A DNA stretch of 64,000 nucleotides from Bdellovibrionales bacterium (GCA_016786465.1 JAEUWC010000021.1:13786-77785), one strand, 5' to 3'. Shown: positions 43,658 through 53,273, counted from the stretch's first letter. The notes: generated from the letters alone by a model not told the origin. Made by a program: numbers and translations.

Positions 43658-44137
43658 ATGCAGTTCAGAAAGGCGCGTCCCGGTGAACACGACACGATCT
43701 ACTTGATGGGATACGACACATGGGGCGTCGGTCAATCCATCGAAACCCATTTGCGGGAATGCCGAGAATCCGAAAAGTACAAAATGGGAATCTGGTACGT
43801 CATCAGCGACGCCGATGACGTTCTCTATTCTTCTCTGATTCACTACGACCTTGGATCGGACAGTTGCGGAATCGGATCGATTGCGACCGCGCCCGACTTT
43901 AGAAAAAAAGGGCACGCGTCTAGCCTGATTCAAGCCGCGCTAGAACGCTTCAACCATGACGGATTCTCGAAAGTCTTTTTGTTTTCAGACATTGATCCCA
44001 GATTCTACGAAAAGTTTGGATTCAGGGCACTTTCATCTAGCCACCAAGCCCACAAGAAGGCTGTGTGCATGGTTTGGGGGACTGATCCACAAGATCTGGA
44101 AAACCAACCTGGCTTTAAACTACCCGACTATTTTTGA
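43658..44137 (+). CDS. GNAT-family N-acetyltransferase
   Basis: IGSIATAPDFRKKGHASSLI acetyl-CoA-binding motif. Confidence 0.6.
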   Translation: MQFRKARPGEHDTIYLMGYDTWGVGQSIETHLRECRESEKYKMGIWYVISDADDVLYSSLIHYDLGSDSCGIGSIATAPDFRKKGHASSLIQAALERFNHDGFSKVFLFSDIDPRFYEKFGFRALSSSHQAHKKAVCMVWGTDPQDLENQPGFKLPDYF

Positions 44138-44221
44138 TCGACAGAATCCACCATAGGTCCATCAAGGAATGGGCTGATTTGGGGCAAAGGCGCCGCATTC
44201 CTTGATGGACAGGGTCCCACG

Positions 44222-45274
44222 TCAGCTGACTTTCTGAAATTCAACTGACGGTTCGATCACAGCTAAGATTCCAGTGTTTCCGGGAATCAACTTTTTTGAA
44301 ACCACCCAAACTTCACCGCCCTTTCCGGCTACCGCTTCGGAAAGATCGTCATACAAGTCATCGTCACGGGTATCCCGCTGATTCCCATGGAATATGATCT
44401 TCCCACTTTTTCGATTCAGCTTTCCAAAGAACCTTTGGTCCTTCGATACGACCAAGGTCTTGATCTGACCTTGGACAGCTAGATTCGCAATTTTTTCAAT
44501 GTCGGTTTCGGTTCGAAATCCGTTCCATTTCAATTCCGTCAGCAACTGGTTCATCAACAAAACTTCGCGGTTTCGCTTTTGACGATGCAACCAATCCTTG
44601 AATCGTAACTCGAGCTGGCCCAGCGCCAACTTAGATATAAAGCCGGAAAGAGTTTCTTCGATGATATTGGGGTGGAGTTTTGCTTTTTTTGCGAACCGAA
44701 TCGCGTTTTCGTCGCCAGCTAGTACGACACGGGTCTGTCGATCCCTGATTCCGGTTTCAAGCATTTGCTTCACTTCATAGAAAAATTCAGAATTCTTACG
44801 AGTTTTCATGGGCGCAATCACTGTGTCATGGCAAACCAGCTGACGATCGCTGCCGAATGCAAGCGTTGCTCCACTTTCATGGAACCAAAGCACTGCCGTT
44901 CTTTGCAGATTCTGCTGATAAGCCAGTAAAGGCTTGATGTGGAAGCTATCTGCAACGACAACAAATGAACCAGGATCTTCTGTCATTTGTACCCACCAAA
45001 ACGAATCGCGAGTCCGAAATACTGCCAATCCCGCTAAATCTGGAAGGGGGTCTTTGATCTTGGCAGTCACATTAAAAATAGGCTCAAGATAGGTTTGCAG
45101 CACAGGTCCATCGAGTTCTTCTTTAAGGAGTGCCCGTGCTTGCTTGATCAGGTCAAAAAGCCGTTCGCGATTGGAAGTACTGGGTTTAGACCAATCCCAA
45201 CTGAGATACAGCGAGGTCGCCGGAAGCTGGTCAGATTTAATCGGCACTACAAAATTTTCGATAACAGGTTTCAT
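44222..45274 (-). CDS. Hypothetical protein; C-terminus resembles the eRF1/Pelota (Dom34) domain-3 fold
   Basis: The C-terminal ...AVAGKGGEVWVVSKKLIPGNTGILAVIE echoes the Pelota/eRF1 C-terminal GA.V.IIS....G..L..LGGIAAILRY pattern. No other motif recognised. Confidence 0.45.
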   Translation of the reverse strand: MKPVIENFVVPIKSDQLPATSLYLSWDWSKPSTSNRERLFDLIKQARALLKEELDGPVLQTYLEPIFNVTAKIKDPLPDLAGLAVFRTRDSFWWVQMTEDPGSFVVVADSFHIKPLLAYQQNLQRTAVLWFHESGATLAFGSDRQLVCHDTVIAPMKTRKNSEFFYEVKQMLETGIRDRQTRVVLAGDENAIRFAKKAKLHPNIIEETLSGFISKLALGQLELRFKDWLHRQKRNREVLLMNQLLTELKWNGFRTETDIEKIANLAVQGQIKTLVVSKDQRFFGKLNRKSGKIIFHGNQRDTRDDDLYDDLSEAVAGKGGEVWVVSKKLIPGNTGILAVIEPSVEFQKVS

Positions 45275-45300
45275 ATTTTTCTCCTTCCAATGGGTTGATG

Positions 45301-45615
45301 TCAGAACTTCAAAATCAATAGGCCGCCTTCTGGGCGTTGTTCGGCGATTTGATCAATGGATGACTCGCCATGAGGTTCAAGCGGTCTAAGATGTCGGTGA
45401 ACAGACAGCCCCATGACTTTCGCCGGACGGGGGTCTTCGCTTTTGAACTGGGTCAATTGACGGCTAAAACTCCAGTCCGTGCCATAAACATTTGCAGTGA
45501 TTGCAAAAAGACCAGCAACTCCGAAATGCCACATAAGCGCCTCCTTGATGATCCAAGGATCGGCGACGTCGACCAGAATGTGAATCTTTCGAACGGTATA
45601 TTGGTCAAAAACCAA
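45301..45615 (-). CDS. Hypothetical protein
   Basis: ORF in an operon-like position between the regulator and the 44222 gene. No motif. Confidence 0.3.
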   Translation of the reverse strand: MVFDQYTVRKIHILVDVADPWIIKEALMWHFGVAGLFAITANVYGTDWSFSRQLTQFKSEDPRPAKVMGLSVHRHLRPLEPHGESSIDQIAEQRPEGGLLILKF

Positions 45616-45634
45616 TTTTCCAATTTTATTGGGT

Positions 45635-46195
45635 CTAGGTCGAATACAAGTGTAGTTTAAAAAACTGGGCGGTGCCTGGTCCTACTTTAGAAAGCGAATG
45701 AGCTTCATCACCTCGGAAAAGGCAGCTAGAATTCTTTTCAATCAAATACTTATTGCCGTCCAGGTGAACTGCCAGTTTTCCCGACACACAGAAAATCAGT
45801 TTACGCCCACCGTGTCGCTGAACGGCACCCGGCATAGCTCCACTTCCTGATATTTCCCCAAAATACAGGTCAATACCCTCAAAAGGATCCGGGACGACTC
45901 GAATGATTCTTCCAAGCCCCGGAACTGACTTAATCACGGGCATTTCTGCGGCCGATCGAATTTCAAACTTCCGATCAGGTTCGGACATCAGTTCTTCAAG
46001 ACTGATCGAAAGTCCCAACGCAATTTTTTCGACCGCGTCAACTGACGGGCTGCTCGCGCCCGATTCGATATGATTGATCGTCGACTTAGGCAACCCCGCC
46101 ATTTTTCCAACCTGTTCTTGGCTCAGATTCCGCGAACGGCGAATTGCTCTTAGGTTCTTGGCGACTCGAAGTGAAGCCCTTTTGATTTGAGTCAT
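45635..46195 (-). CDS. XRE-family HTH transcriptional regulator with C-terminal cupin domain
   Basis: N-terminal HTH_3 (LRAIRRSRNLSQEQVGKMAGLPKSTINHIESG) plus a cupin-like C-terminus. Confidence 0.7.
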   Translation of the reverse strand: MTQIKRASLRVAKNLRAIRRSRNLSQEQVGKMAGLPKSTINHIESGASSPSVDAVEKIALGLSISLEELMSEPDRKFEIRSAAEMPVIKSVPGLGRIIRVVPDPFEGIDLYFGEISGSGAMPGAVQRHGGRKLIFCVSGKLAVHLDGNKYLIEKNSSCLFRGDEAHSLSKVGPGTAQFFKLHLYST

Positions 46196-46205
46196 TTCGG
46201 AGCCT

Positions 46206-47069
46206 TTAGACCTTTTCCAAATAGGTCCGCGCTTCCCAAAGACTTGGAAAAGCCTTTTTGGTTGTTGTCGACTTTAAGTAAGAAACGCCACTGGATCCGC
46301 CCGTTCCTTGCTTGAAGCCAATCACGCGTTCCACCACATTGATGTGGTGAATGCGCCAAAGCCCTAGGTATTCATCCAGTTCCACCAGTTTTTCGGTCAA
46401 AAGATAGAGCGGCAGATTGTCGTCAGGACGCTGATAAATCGAAAGCAGCGCGCGAATCGTGGGTTCGCGATCGCCAGGATTCTGCGATCTTTCGGTTTCA
46501 GCAGCGTTCTTGGGGATCTTGAAGCCATTCGCGCGAAGCAGATCGAAATACACGTCACGAAGATCAGGCGCCGCAAGTCTTTCTTTCAGCGCGGCCAAGG
46601 CTTTGGGTTCGTTGTCGAAAAAAACCAGGTACTTTTCGTCTTTTAGGCCTGCTACGAATTCCAATTCGCGAAACTGCGAAGACTGAAATCCACTGGCTGG
46701 CATCAAGCGGTCACGGAATTCTAGAAATTCAACTGGCGTCATCGTTTCCAAAATGTGGATTTGCTGAACCAAAAGCTTCATCACTTCCACACACCTTTTC
46801 ACGAAGTGATGTGCGCGAAGAACTTCGTTCTTCTTCATATGGTCCATTGCGACCTTGATTTCGCCCAAAATCAGTTTGAACCAAAGTTCGTAGGCCTGGT
46901 GGATGACGATGAAAAGCATTTCGTCATGATGGGGCGGTTCGCTTTGCAACTTTTGAAGCGAAGTCAGTTCTTCAATCTTCAAATACGTGTTGTAGGTAAT
47001 ATCGGATCGCCCGTAGGGCTTCAGTGCCGGCCCGGAAGGATCGTGCTTTCCTGAATAGGGGCAGCTCAT
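46206..47069 (-). CDS. kynA: Tryptophan 2,3-dioxygenase
   Basis: Matches the TDO consensus (heme His region, FQSSQFRELE, ...GTGGSSG). Confidence 0.8.
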   Translation of the reverse strand: MSCPYSGKHDPSGPALKPYGRSDITYNTYLKIEELTSLQKLQSEPPHHDEMLFIVIHQAYELWFKLILGEIKVAMDHMKKNEVLRAHHFVKRCVEVMKLLVQQIHILETMTPVEFLEFRDRLMPASGFQSSQFRELEFVAGLKDEKYLVFFDNEPKALAALKERLAAPDLRDVYFDLLRANGFKIPKNAAETERSQNPGDREPTIRALLSIYQRPDDNLPLYLLTEKLVELDEYLGLWRIHHINVVERVIGFKQGTGGSSGVSYLKSTTTKKAFPSLWEARTYLEKV

Positions 47070-47659
47070 TTCTTCAAGGCCCCAAAAATATCGCTCAGGT
47101 TCTTGCTGGACTGGGCTTCGATATCCTTGTGTAGCGAATTGCCGTGCGCATCGATGGTGACGACGACCGGAAAATCTTCCACGCGAAGTTCCCAGATCGC
47201 TTCGGGGCTACCGAATTTTTCAAGACCAAAAACGCCCTGAACTTCCTTGATGCTTTCGGCCAAAACTTGCGCGGCCCCCCCGACGGCGTGCATGTAAACG
47301 CAGCCGAACTTTTCACAGGCTAGGCGCGTCTTTTCACCCATTCCACCTTTACCGATCACGGCGCGCACACCGTGTTTTTCAATGATGCCAGCCTGATAAG
47401 GTTCTTCGCGGCTGGAAGTCGTTGGCCCGGCCGCTGTGACCACCCACTTGGCTCTTCCTTTTTCCTTCTTTTGCATCACCACCGGCCCGCAGTGGTAGAT
47501 GATCGAGTCCTTCAAGGACATCGGCGGCATATTGCCTTCGTGAAGCCATTTGTGAACGGCGTCGCGGCCCGTGAAAACGATGCCCGTTATTTCAACCATG
47601 TCGCCGACTTTCAGTCCGCGGATTTTTTCTTCAGTAAACGGTGCGCTGAGCTTGATCAT
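47066..47659 (-). CDS. Fe-S hydro-lyase beta subunit (class I fumarate hydratase C-terminal domain / tartrate dehydratase beta)
   Basis: GIVFTGRDAVHKWL...GKGGMG... matches the FumA C-terminal/TtdB family. Confidence 0.75.
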   Translation of the reverse strand: MIKLSAPFTEEKIRGLKVGDMVEITGIVFTGRDAVHKWLHEGNMPPMSLKDSIIYHCGPVVMQKKEKGRAKWVVTAAGPTTSSREEPYQAGIIEKHGVRAVIGKGGMGEKTRLACEKFGCVYMHAVGGAAQVLAESIKEVQGVFGLEKFGSPEAIWELRVEDFPVVVTIDAHGNSLHKDIEAQSSKNLSDIFGALKK

Positions 47660-47709
47660 TGTATTCCCGTCCGAGCGCATTTCGGCTCGGCCCCTTTTCA
47701 TTTTTCTCT

Positions 47710-48603
47710 TTAATAAAGCCATTTCTTAATTTCGCCGGCACCGCTGACCACGGCACCTTGACGGCGATAAGCCCAACACATGTAGCTGACGCTGACAAAG
47801 AACGAAGCCGGCAGACGATTCAAAGCGCCGATCTTCACACCCATCAAAGTGGTCTTGCCGCCAAAGCCCATTGGGCCGATGCCCAGTTTGTTTGCTTCTT
47901 CGACACATTCTTTTTCAAGCTTCGCCAGATCTGGATTTGGGTTCTTGTCTTCCATCTTGCGAAGAAACTGTTCTTTGGTCGCAAGATATCCCGTTGCACG
48001 GTCGCCGCCGACGATGACACCCAGGACGCCGGGTCCACAGCCTTTTCCTTGCGCCTGTTGCACGCAATCCAAGATGCATTTCTTCACGCCCGTCAGATCA
48101 CGGCCTGCACCAATCCTAGAATCGGGAAGGCTGTACTGAGCGCCGACGTTTTCGCATCCTCCGCCCTTCAAAATCAGACGGATATCGTAGCTGTCTTTTT
48201 TCCAAGGTTCTAGATGCAAAGTCGGTGAACCCGGGCCGACGTTCGTTCCGTTGTTCACACCCGTCAGCGAATCCACGCTGTTCTGGCGCAGATACCCCTT
48301 CTTGGTCGCGGCCATGACGGCCTTTTTGAAAAGTTTTTGAAGCACGTCGTAGTCGTGTTTGTGCGGGTAATGAACAAAGAAAAGAATACTGCCTGTGTCC
48401 TGACAAAGCGGTGCCGACTTCACTTTCGCCAGATCGATGTTCTTGCAAATGATATCCATCGCGTACTTACCGCGAGACGCATCCGCTTCCTGCTTGCGAC
48501 CTGCCTGTACGGCGTCGATCACGTCTTTCGGAAGTTCAGCAGACGTCTTTCGGATGATTTCGATGAAGCTATCCAAGAGCTTTTTCTGAAGTGCGGCTTT
48601 CAT
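47710..48603 (-). CDS. Fe-S hydro-lyase alpha subunit (class I fumarate hydratase N-terminal domain / TtdA)
   Basis: ...APLCQDTG... Cys-ligand region. Confidence 0.8.
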   Translation of the reverse strand: MKAALQKKLLDSFIEIIRKTSAELPKDVIDAVQAGRKQEADASRGKYAMDIICKNIDLAKVKSAPLCQDTGSILFFVHYPHKHDYDVLQKLFKKAVMAATKKGYLRQNSVDSLTGVNNGTNVGPGSPTLHLEPWKKDSYDIRLILKGGGCENVGAQYSLPDSRIGAGRDLTGVKKCILDCVQQAQGKGCGPGVLGVIVGGDRATGYLATKEQFLRKMEDKNPNPDLAKLEKECVEEANKLGIGPMGFGGKTTLMGVKIGALNRLPASFFVSVSYMCWAYRRQGAVVSGAGEIKKWLY

Positions 48604-48681
48604 AGTGGCTAGACGGTATCGCGCCCGGGTCTGCGGTTCAATTCCCTTTTCGAACTGGGCATTTAGGGTTACGAAAGGCGC

Positions 48682-48948
48682 ATGAATCAGACTCAGACCG
48701 TCATTCGGGACATCGAATTGCTTCTGGAAGAACTGCTTTCACAGCAGAACCGAAAGGTTCTGAACCACGCAAGGATGCACATCCCGCACCTGACGGCAGA
48801 TGATATCTTGAACCCTCACGACTACCCGCAGCTGATGGCGGACCCCGTCTTCAATTATGAAGAAGGCTTGGCCGCTGGCTTGATGGCAGCACAGGTCGCC
48901 CTTCGCGCCCGGGTCTTTCGCCCCTTGGAATCCCCCGCCCAGCAATGA
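48682..48948 (+). CDS. Hypothetical small protein
   Basis: ORF, translationally coupled (ATGA) to the next gene. Confidence 0.35.
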   Translation: MNQTQTVIRDIELLLEELLSQQNRKVLNHARMHIPHLTADDILNPHDYPQLMADPVFNYEEGLAAGLMAAQVALRARVFRPLESPAQQ

Positions 48949-49403
48949 CATCAAACGCCCCCTTCTTCGTGGATAACGAAGTCATCGTCATTCTGAAAAA
49001 CGGAACCTGGATGGCGGACGGGATGGAAATCAGTCACGAGCCCACCCGCAAACTGTTTGCAAAGAGCCTTTTCAGGGATGAACAAGGCTACATTCTGAAA
49101 ATTGGTCGAGAGACCAAGCGCATCGAAGTCGAAGACACAGCCTATTTTGTTCATCGGATCGATCACGAAAATGACGGGGCCGTCCGAGTTTGGGTGAACG
49201 ACGAAGTTCAAGAAATTCTGGATCCGTCCACACTGAAGTACCAACCCGGTCGACTGACCTGCCAGATTGAACGGCACAGCCGGACTGAAGAAGCGAAGTT
49301 TCTTTCTGCGGCATACTTTGACTTGCTATCGGATCTGAAAGAAAGCCCTGAAGGGTACTGGCTAGAAATTCAGGGTCGAAAAGTAACCCTTTTAAGAAAG
49401 TAG
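48945..49403 (+). CDS. Hypothetical protein
   Basis: 152 aa, coupled to the upstream ORF. No motif recognised. Confidence 0.4.
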   Translation: MTSNAPFFVDNEVIVILKNGTWMADGMEISHEPTRKLFAKSLFRDEQGYILKIGRETKRIEVEDTAYFVHRIDHENDGAVRVWVNDEVQEILDPSTLKYQPGRLTCQIERHSRTEEAKFLSAAYFDLLSDLKESPEGYWLEIQGRKVTLLRK

Positions 49404-49474
49404 ACGGTTTCGACGGGCTGCGTCTTTCGGTTTTTGCCTTGGCCGTCAGCTGCAGCCGGTGCTAACCCAAACGC

Positions 49475-50380
49475 ATGACGACGCAAGATTCAGCCCAAGC
49501 GGACCGAATGTTTTTTCAATTCGTTGGCCATTCCAAATCAGGAAGCCCGACCGAAGTGCAGACGAACCTGCTAGGTGAACTTCGCGAGTACTTCAAAATC
49601 CCGACCGAAGTCACCGACACAGCCATCTTGGATCGATGCAGGAATGCAACCCAGTCACTGACCGACGAATGGCGCGGCTGGGCCAAGCCGCTTGAAAGCG
49701 AAGGCGAAATCACCCAGTTTTATCGAACCACACATCAGTACTGCTACGAATTGGTGGGTCTGGATATCGCTTCCAGCGCGCACCGACGTCAGCAGCTTTT
49801 CGAATTTCAGGCGCTGCTGAAGGAAAAAGGAAAAGTCAAAGGACTGGATTACGGATCGGGTGTGGGGTCGACCGGGTTGTACTTGCGGGGTTGCGGATTT
49901 GAAGTCGATTATGCAGACGTTTCAAAAACGAATCTGGGCTTCATTCAGTTGCGATCCAAGAATCGGGGATTTGGATGCACGACCTATGATCTGGTTGAAC
50001 AATCGATTCCCGAAAGCACTTATGATTTCATTTTGGCCATGGACGTTTTGGAACACGTCCCTGATCCATTGAAGACCTTGAATGACTTGCATCGCTACTT
50101 GAAGCCCGATGGCCTGCTTTTTTTCAATCTGATCGTGAACCACAACGATCACGACGGCGACCCACTTCACTTGCTTCAAGACCCGTATTTGATTCGTAAG
50201 AACATCCGAAAAACGGGATTCGCACGCGTGGGTTCTGTCGGAGAATTTAAGATCTATCAGCGGTCAGGTCTTCCCAAACCGCTACGAACCCTTTTTGGTT
50301 CCTTCGACCATGCGTTCTGGGCTTTTCGCCAGAAGTACGATGGGATCCGAGCGCAGTTGAAGTCGAAACAGTCCCACTAG
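49475..50380 (+). CDS. Class I SAM-dependent methyltransferase
   Basis: Motif I LDYGSGVGSTGLYL. Post-I acidic residue. ILAMDVLEHVPDP. Confidence 0.7.
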   Translation: MTTQDSAQADRMFFQFVGHSKSGSPTEVQTNLLGELREYFKIPTEVTDTAILDRCRNATQSLTDEWRGWAKPLESEGEITQFYRTTHQYCYELVGLDIASSAHRRQQLFEFQALLKEKGKVKGLDYGSGVGSTGLYLRGCGFEVDYADVSKTNLGFIQLRSKNRGFGCTTYDLVEQSIPESTYDFILAMDVLEHVPDPLKTLNDLHRYLKPDGLLFFNLIVNHNDHDGDPLHLLQDPYLIRKNIRKTGFARVGSVGEFKIYQRSGLPKPLRTLFGSFDHAFWAFRQKYDGIRAQLKSKQSH

Positions 50381-50394
50381 CGATTCGGCGACGG

Positions 50395-51192
50395 ATGCGA
50401 CTTCTTCCTGCTGAAATCTTAAAGCTGTACGACGCTGAATTCGATCGATTCAAATCTTCTGATTATGATTCGACCCGATACGAAGAAACACCTTGGGGCA
50501 CAAGAGCATTGGGCGAAACATCCGATGCCTTTTCCAACTTCTTTGAACTGAAATCACCGACATGGTCGCCGAAACTGATCCAAGACGAGATTGATTATTT
50601 CAGAAATTTGCAACGCGAGTTCATTTGGAAAGTCCGATCCGATCGAGATCCTGCGGGGCTACGAAAGGCGCTGATTGAAAACGGCTTTCTGCTTCATGAA
50701 TCAGGAACCCTAGTGGTCTTTGATCTTTCGGGCGGCTTACCTAGGGCCCATGAAAGTTCAACTGACCTATTCGTTCGGGAAGTAGGCGTCGAAGCGATTC
50801 CTGCGATGATGAAGGTACAGGCCGAAGTTTGGAAGGATCACTTTGACAATGCCACTTTTGGAAAATTATTGGCCGAGCGAAAGAGCGCGAACCCGAACGA
50901 CCTAAGACTTTTTGCGACCTACTTCCGTGAAACTATGATTGCCTGCGCATGGATGAAAACTACGAACGAATCGCAGTTTGTGCATCTGAACGGCGGGACA
51001 ACCCTGCCTGACTTCAGAAAGCGAGGGGCCTATTCACTGCTGGTGTCAGCCCGAGCTAGTCTAGCGCGCGACCTGGGCAAACGATTTCTGATGATCGAGG
51101 CCGGGCCCATGAGCAAGCCCATTGCCGAAAAATCTGGTTTTATCGCGGTCTGCGACTATTGGGAATTCAGCCGCCGCTGCGACGCAAAATAA
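50395..51192 (+). CDS. GNAT-family acetyltransferase (C-terminal GNAT fold)
   Basis: LPDFRKRGAYSLLVSARASLA acetyl-CoA-binding segment. Confidence 0.55.
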   Translation: MRLLPAEILKLYDAEFDRFKSSDYDSTRYEETPWGTRALGETSDAFSNFFELKSPTWSPKLIQDEIDYFRNLQREFIWKVRSDRDPAGLRKALIENGFLLHESGTLVVFDLSGGLPRAHESSTDLFVREVGVEAIPAMMKVQAEVWKDHFDNATFGKLLAERKSANPNDLRLFATYFRETMIACAWMKTTNESQFVHLNGGTTLPDFRKRGAYSLLVSARASLARDLGKRFLMIEAGPMSKPIAEKSGFIAVCDYWEFSRRCDAK

Positions 51193-51484
51193 CCTTAGGA
51201 GTGCTGGGACTAATCGGCTTCTGCACGGTCTGTGGTTTTTCTTCAACCGGCGGCTTTGCGCGCGGAAATGGATCAAATTCTTCAGATTCGTTCTTGGGCG
51301 CTTTTCGTTCTTCGGCCCAGGATTCACGGTGACGTGCTTCTGGAAGATGCGCATCCCAGCAAGTGACACTACAAAAAACCAGGCCCACGCGTTTCCGGTT
51401 GCAGGTCGAAACATTGCAAACCCAAACGTCAGACCCGTAGTTCAAGGGTTTCTTACAAATGTTACAGGGCTTCCAGACGCTCAT
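51167..51484 (-). CDS. Small zinc-ribbon (Cys-rich) protein
   Basis: CNICKK...C.....C and C....C..H pairs. ATGA coupling with the upstream hydroxylase. Confidence 0.45.
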   Translation of the reverse strand: MSVWKPCNICKKPLNYGSDVWVCNVSTCNRKRVGLVFCSVTCWDAHLPEARHRESWAEERKAPKNESEEFDPFPRAKPPVEEKPQTVQKPISPSTPKVILRRSGG

Positions 51485-52260
51485 GATTTCAGTTTAGCGG
51501 AATCTTGAGAATCGTGGGTTCCGAACCAGTAATCCCACCAAGTGAAGTAAAGGCCGTAGTTATATCGAACCCTAGAGTGATGCAGGTGGTGATTCGATGC
51601 GCTAATCAAGAACCGATTTCCTGGCATTCGAAAGAACCAGCGTGGGTAAATTTCGTAGCCCAGATGATTGATCACACCCAAAAACGTCATCGTCGTCAGG
51701 AAGATGACCAAGATCGCGGGATGGACCGGGACGATCAGAATCAACGCCGGCAAAATGGCTGCTTCCAAAATCGCTTCAGCCCAATGAAATGAAAATGCCG
51801 CCCAAGGCGATGGATTCTTGGATTCATGGTGCACTCGGTGGATCCTGCGAAAAATCTTCGGCACGTGCATCAATCGATGTACCCAGTAAAAGTACGCATC
51901 GTGAAGGAACATCAGAAGGGCAAGGCTGAACCAAGGGTACAATGCCCCGTACTGATTCCAGTCCAAGTAAACCCGGGTAAAACCTTTTTCCCAAAGGATG
52001 AAGCCGGCCGATCCGAAGACCCCAAAGATCAAAGAAGAAAGCGCCGACCACGCAAATTCGTAACGAAGGGTTTCCGGCGGGGGTGTCGCTTTTTCAATCT
52101 TTCGCGCAAAACCAGGCGTCCATTTCCAGATCAGGACGTAAAAACCACCTGCGATCAAAACGTAGCGAAGAAATACAGCGACCGAAAGAAATCCCGAAAG
52201 AAACCCAAAAAGAACCCAAGGATTCTGGGTTGCCTGAAGCAAATCAGCGTAGCCGTTCAC
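51481..52260 (-). CDS. Fatty acid hydroxylase / sterol desaturase superfamily membrane protein
   Basis: His boxes HRLMH, HRVHH and HHLHH with multiple TM helices. Confidence 0.75.
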   Translation of the reverse strand: MNGYADLLQATQNPWVLFGFLSGFLSVAVFLRYVLIAGGFYVLIWKWTPGFARKIEKATPPPETLRYEFAWSALSSLIFGVFGSAGFILWEKGFTRVYLDWNQYGALYPWFSLALLMFLHDAYFYWVHRLMHVPKIFRRIHRVHHESKNPSPWAAFSFHWAEAILEAAILPALILIVPVHPAILVIFLTTMTFLGVINHLGYEIYPRWFFRMPGNRFLISASNHHLHHSRVRYNYGLYFTWWDYWFGTHDSQDSAKLKS

Positions 52261-53273
52261 CCGTGCCCGCCCATCAAGAAAGGCTGACTTAAGAAACGCA
52301 TGTCGCGTTCAGCAGTTCGAATACGAAAAAATTCTTCGGCTTCTTGCCAAAGCGTTTCTGGATTCGGATTTGAAAAAAGCTTCTTGCGAAATTCGTGACA
52401 GCCCGGAAAACCCCATGTGTACCAACCCAAAAACTTTCGTGCATGAATCATCGAAGTTCTTTCGTTGAAATCCGCTTCTAAAAGCTTCTTCTGTTCCAGC
52501 ATCAGCTGAATGTAATCTTCAGCCACCGGATGCGTGTACGACTTGCCTTCCCAAAGGCGCGCAGCTTGTTCAAAAATAAATGGATTCCGAAGCGCACCCC
52601 GACCAATCAAAACGGCATCGACGCCGTACTTCTTCATTTTTTCAACGGCCATTTCAGGCGTCTGGATGTCGCCGTTTCCAATGATCGGCAAAGGGCTTTT
52701 TGCTTTGACGTCAGCGATGAATTCCCAATCAGCCTGGCCGCTGTAACCTTGTGCGCGCGTGCGTCCATGTATCGCAACCCACGCCACGCCGGCGTCAGCA
52801 GCAGCTTTGACCACTTCAACCGCGTTACGAGAACTTTGGTCCCAGCCCGTTCGAATCTTGATCGTGACGGGAATTTTCACGGCCTTGACCATTGCTGAAA
52901 GGATTTGTCCCAGCTGTGCGGGGTTTCTGCACATGGCGCTGCCCGCGCCTTTACTGACTACTTTTGGAACCGGGCATCCCAAGTTCAGATCCACAAAATC
53001 TGCGCCTAATTTTTGAACAAATTCGGCCCCGCGAACCAAACGGCCTTCGTCTTCGCCAAAGATTTGAAGCCCGACGATTCTTTCTTCTTCATGGAACTTC
53101 AAAAGATCGATCGTTTTCTGGCCGCCGTATTCGATGCCGTTAGCCGAAACCAATTCGGAAACGACCAATGAACTTTTCATCCGGCGCATCAGGCGTCGGA
53201 ACGGAGAATTCGTGATCCCCGCCATCGGCGCCAGAATAAAGGGATGCTCGATTTCAAACGGCCCTAACTTCAT
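52257..53273 (-). CDS. tRNA-dihydrouridine synthase
   Basis: LAPMAGITNSPFRRL, GCP and FMN-binding consensus. Confidence 0.85.
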   Translation of the reverse strand: MKLGPFEIEHPFILAPMAGITNSPFRRLMRRMKSSLVVSELVSANGIEYGGQKTIDLLKFHEEERIVGLQIFGEDEGRLVRGAEFVQKLGADFVDLNLGCPVPKVVSKGAGSAMCRNPAQLGQILSAMVKAVKIPVTIKIRTGWDQSSRNAVEVVKAAADAGVAWVAIHGRTRAQGYSGQADWEFIADVKAKSPLPIIGNGDIQTPEMAVEKMKKYGVDAVLIGRGALRNPFIFEQAARLWEGKSYTHPVAEDYIQLMLEQKKLLEADFNERTSMIHARKFLGWYTWGFPGCHEFRKKLFSNPNPETLWQEAEEFFRIRTAERDMRFLSQPFLMGGHG

